NCBI GenBank assembly: GCA_963710605.1
Contig: CAVQBA010000006.1
Coordinates: 768,001 to 832,000 of the forward strand
Length of the DNA stretch: 64,000 bases
Source of the DNA: an uncultured cyanobacterium
GTDB taxonomy: Bacteria; Cyanobacteriota; Cyanobacteriia; Cyanobacteriales; Cyanobacteriaceae
Direction: 5' to 3'
The position numbers were made by a program, and so were the translations under genes. Shown here piece by piece: positions 62,503 to 64,000 of this stretch; position 1 is the first letter of the stretch, and each line of letters opens with the position of its first letter. The notes beneath the pieces were generated by a model. The model was not told the DNA's origin and did not search any database. It worked only from the letters and a program-made list of their open reading frames with translations.

Positions 62503-64000
62503 ATGGCACGAATACAACAGGAAGATTGGTTGACACAAACCGACTTATATCTATTTGGTGAAGGAAAAAACTATCGAATATACGACAAACTAGGAGCTCA
62601 TGCTACTCAGATAGACGGGCAATCTGGAGTTTATTTTGCAGTTTGGGCGCCTAATGCTCAAAATGTTTCGGTAGTAGGAGATTTCAATAATTGGCAGTCA
62701 AATCAAGCCAATATGGCTCGTAATCAAGCAGGAATCTGGGAATTATTTATTCCTAATTTAAATGTCGGGGATAAATATAAATTCGCCGTCAAAAATCAAC
62801 AAGGTAATGATTGCTTTAAAACCGATCCTTTTGGCTACCAACAAGAATTACGTCCGGCAACAGCTTCGATCGTAAGTGATCTATCATATACATGGTCAGA
62901 TCAATCTTGGTTAGATACTCGTAGCAAGACACATGGTTATGATCAACCTATTTCGGTTTACGAAGTACATTTAGGCTCGTGGATGCACGAAAATTGGGAT
63001 CATCCTCCTGATAATGGCATTAAAGTACCTGTACCTGATAAACAGGGAGCGAGGTTTCTTACTTATCGTGAATTAGCAGATAGATTAATTCCTTATGTCA
63101 AAGATATTGGTTATACTCACATTGAATTGTTACCAATTACAGAACATCCTTTTGATGGTAGTTGGGGTTATCAGGTAGTTGGTTTTTTTGCTCCTACTTC
63201 TCGTTATGGTAGTCCGACTGAATTTATGTATTTTGTCGATCGATGTCACCAAGAAGGGATTGGTGTTTTAATTGATTGGGTACCCGGACATTTTCCTAAA
63301 GATGCCCATGGCTTGGCTCAATTTGATGGTACTCATCTTTACGAATACGCTGATTCACGTAAAGGAGAACATTTAGAATGGGGTACTTTAGTTTTTGATT
63401 ATAATCGTCATGAAGTGCGTAACTTTTTAGTTGCTAGTGCTTTATTTTGGCTAGATAAATATCATCTTGATGGTATCCGAGTCGATGCGGTTGCCTCAAT
63501 GCTTTATAACGATTATGAAAGAGAGATTTGGATTAGAAACCAATACGGCGGTAGAGAAAACATTGAAGGGGCTGATTTTATACGTCAGTTAAATGATGCT
63601 ATTGATCAATATTATCCGGGGGTATTATCGATCGCCGAAGAATCTACAACTTGGGGAAACGTCTCTCAAAGAGTAGAACATGAAGGTTTAGGTTTCAATT
63701 ATAAATGGAATATGGGTTGGATGAATGACACCCTTAAATATTTCCTAACTGATCCCCACGATCGTCCTAATGTTCATAATAAACTAACTTTTGGTTTGTG
63801 GTACGCCTACACCGAACACTTTATGTTAGCTTTATCTCATGATGAAGTAGTCCATGGTAAAGGAAACTTGTGGCAAAAAATGCCGGGAGATGAATGGCAA
63901 CAAATGGCAAATATGAAACTAATATTTGGTTATATGTTTGGTCATCCGGGTAAGAAAACATTATTTATGGGAATGGAAATTGCTCAACGACAGGAATGGA
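62503..64000 (+). CDS. glgB: 1,4-alpha-glucan branching enzyme, runs off the window (not in ORF track)
   Basis: FAVWAPNA, YEVHLGSW, SWGYQ, RVDAV, AEEST, LSHDEVVHGK. Confidence 0.95.
   Translation, partial: MARIQQEDWLTQTDLYLFGEGKNYRIYDKLGAHATQIDGQSGVYFAVWAPNAQNVSVVGDFNNWQSNQANMARNQAGIWELFIPNLNVGDKYKFAVKNQQGNDCFKTDPFGYQQELRPATASIVSDLSYTWSDQSWLDTRSKTHGYDQPISVYEVHLGSWMHENWDHPPDNGIKVPVPDKQGARFLTYRELADRLIPYVKDIGYTHIELLPITEHPFDGSWGYQVVGFFAPTSRYGSPTEFMYFVDRCHQEGIGVLIDWVPGHFPKDAHGLAQFDGTHLYEYADSRKGEHLEWGTLVFDYNRHEVRNFLVASALFWLDKYHLDGIRVDAVASMLYNDYEREIWIRNQYGGRENIEGADFIRQLNDAIDQYYPGVLSIAEESTTWGNVSQRVEHEGLGFNYKWNMGWMNDTLKYFLTDPHDRPNVHNKLTFGLWYAYTEHFMLALSHDEVVHGKGNLWQKMPGDEWQQMANMKLIFGYMFGHPGKKTLFMGMEIAQRQEW

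Overview
AT-rich chromosomal window from a cyanobacterium (cphA/cphB, petM, plant-type ferredoxin, heptamer tandem repeats, abundant CGATCG/HIP1-type sites). The variable bases flanking CGATCG suggest the Cyanobacterium/Geminocystis lineage, which is an inference. Housekeeping genes (menD, cysH, selO, glnB, nth, argD, purN, cphBA, pyrE, partial glgB) are interleaved with four accessory blocks. (1) 1.1-8.3 kb: a duplicated wHTH-NB-ARC regulator with its promoter, divergent from devC and from a PhcB-like methyltransferase plus desaturase; this is a candidate lipid-signal system. (2) A tnpB-only IS200/IS605 element. (3) A type I R-M locus at 28-34.5 kb containing a decayed toxin-antitoxin (TA) pair. 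(4) A second type I R-M locus at 46-56 kb with several TA modules interleaved. The non-coding DNA carries many nested small mobile elements: GC-rich REP-like hairpins, a 372-bp MITE with a 10-bp target-site duplication (TSD), a 102-bp TA-duplicating element that breaks hicA, and a covarying family ending in AAGAC that inserts without a TSD. Genes missed by the ORF track were recovered by hand: petM, an XRE antitoxin, split hicA and the 5' part of glgB. No rRNA, tRNA or CRISPR array was seen. All family calls come from motif recognition; no database searches were run.
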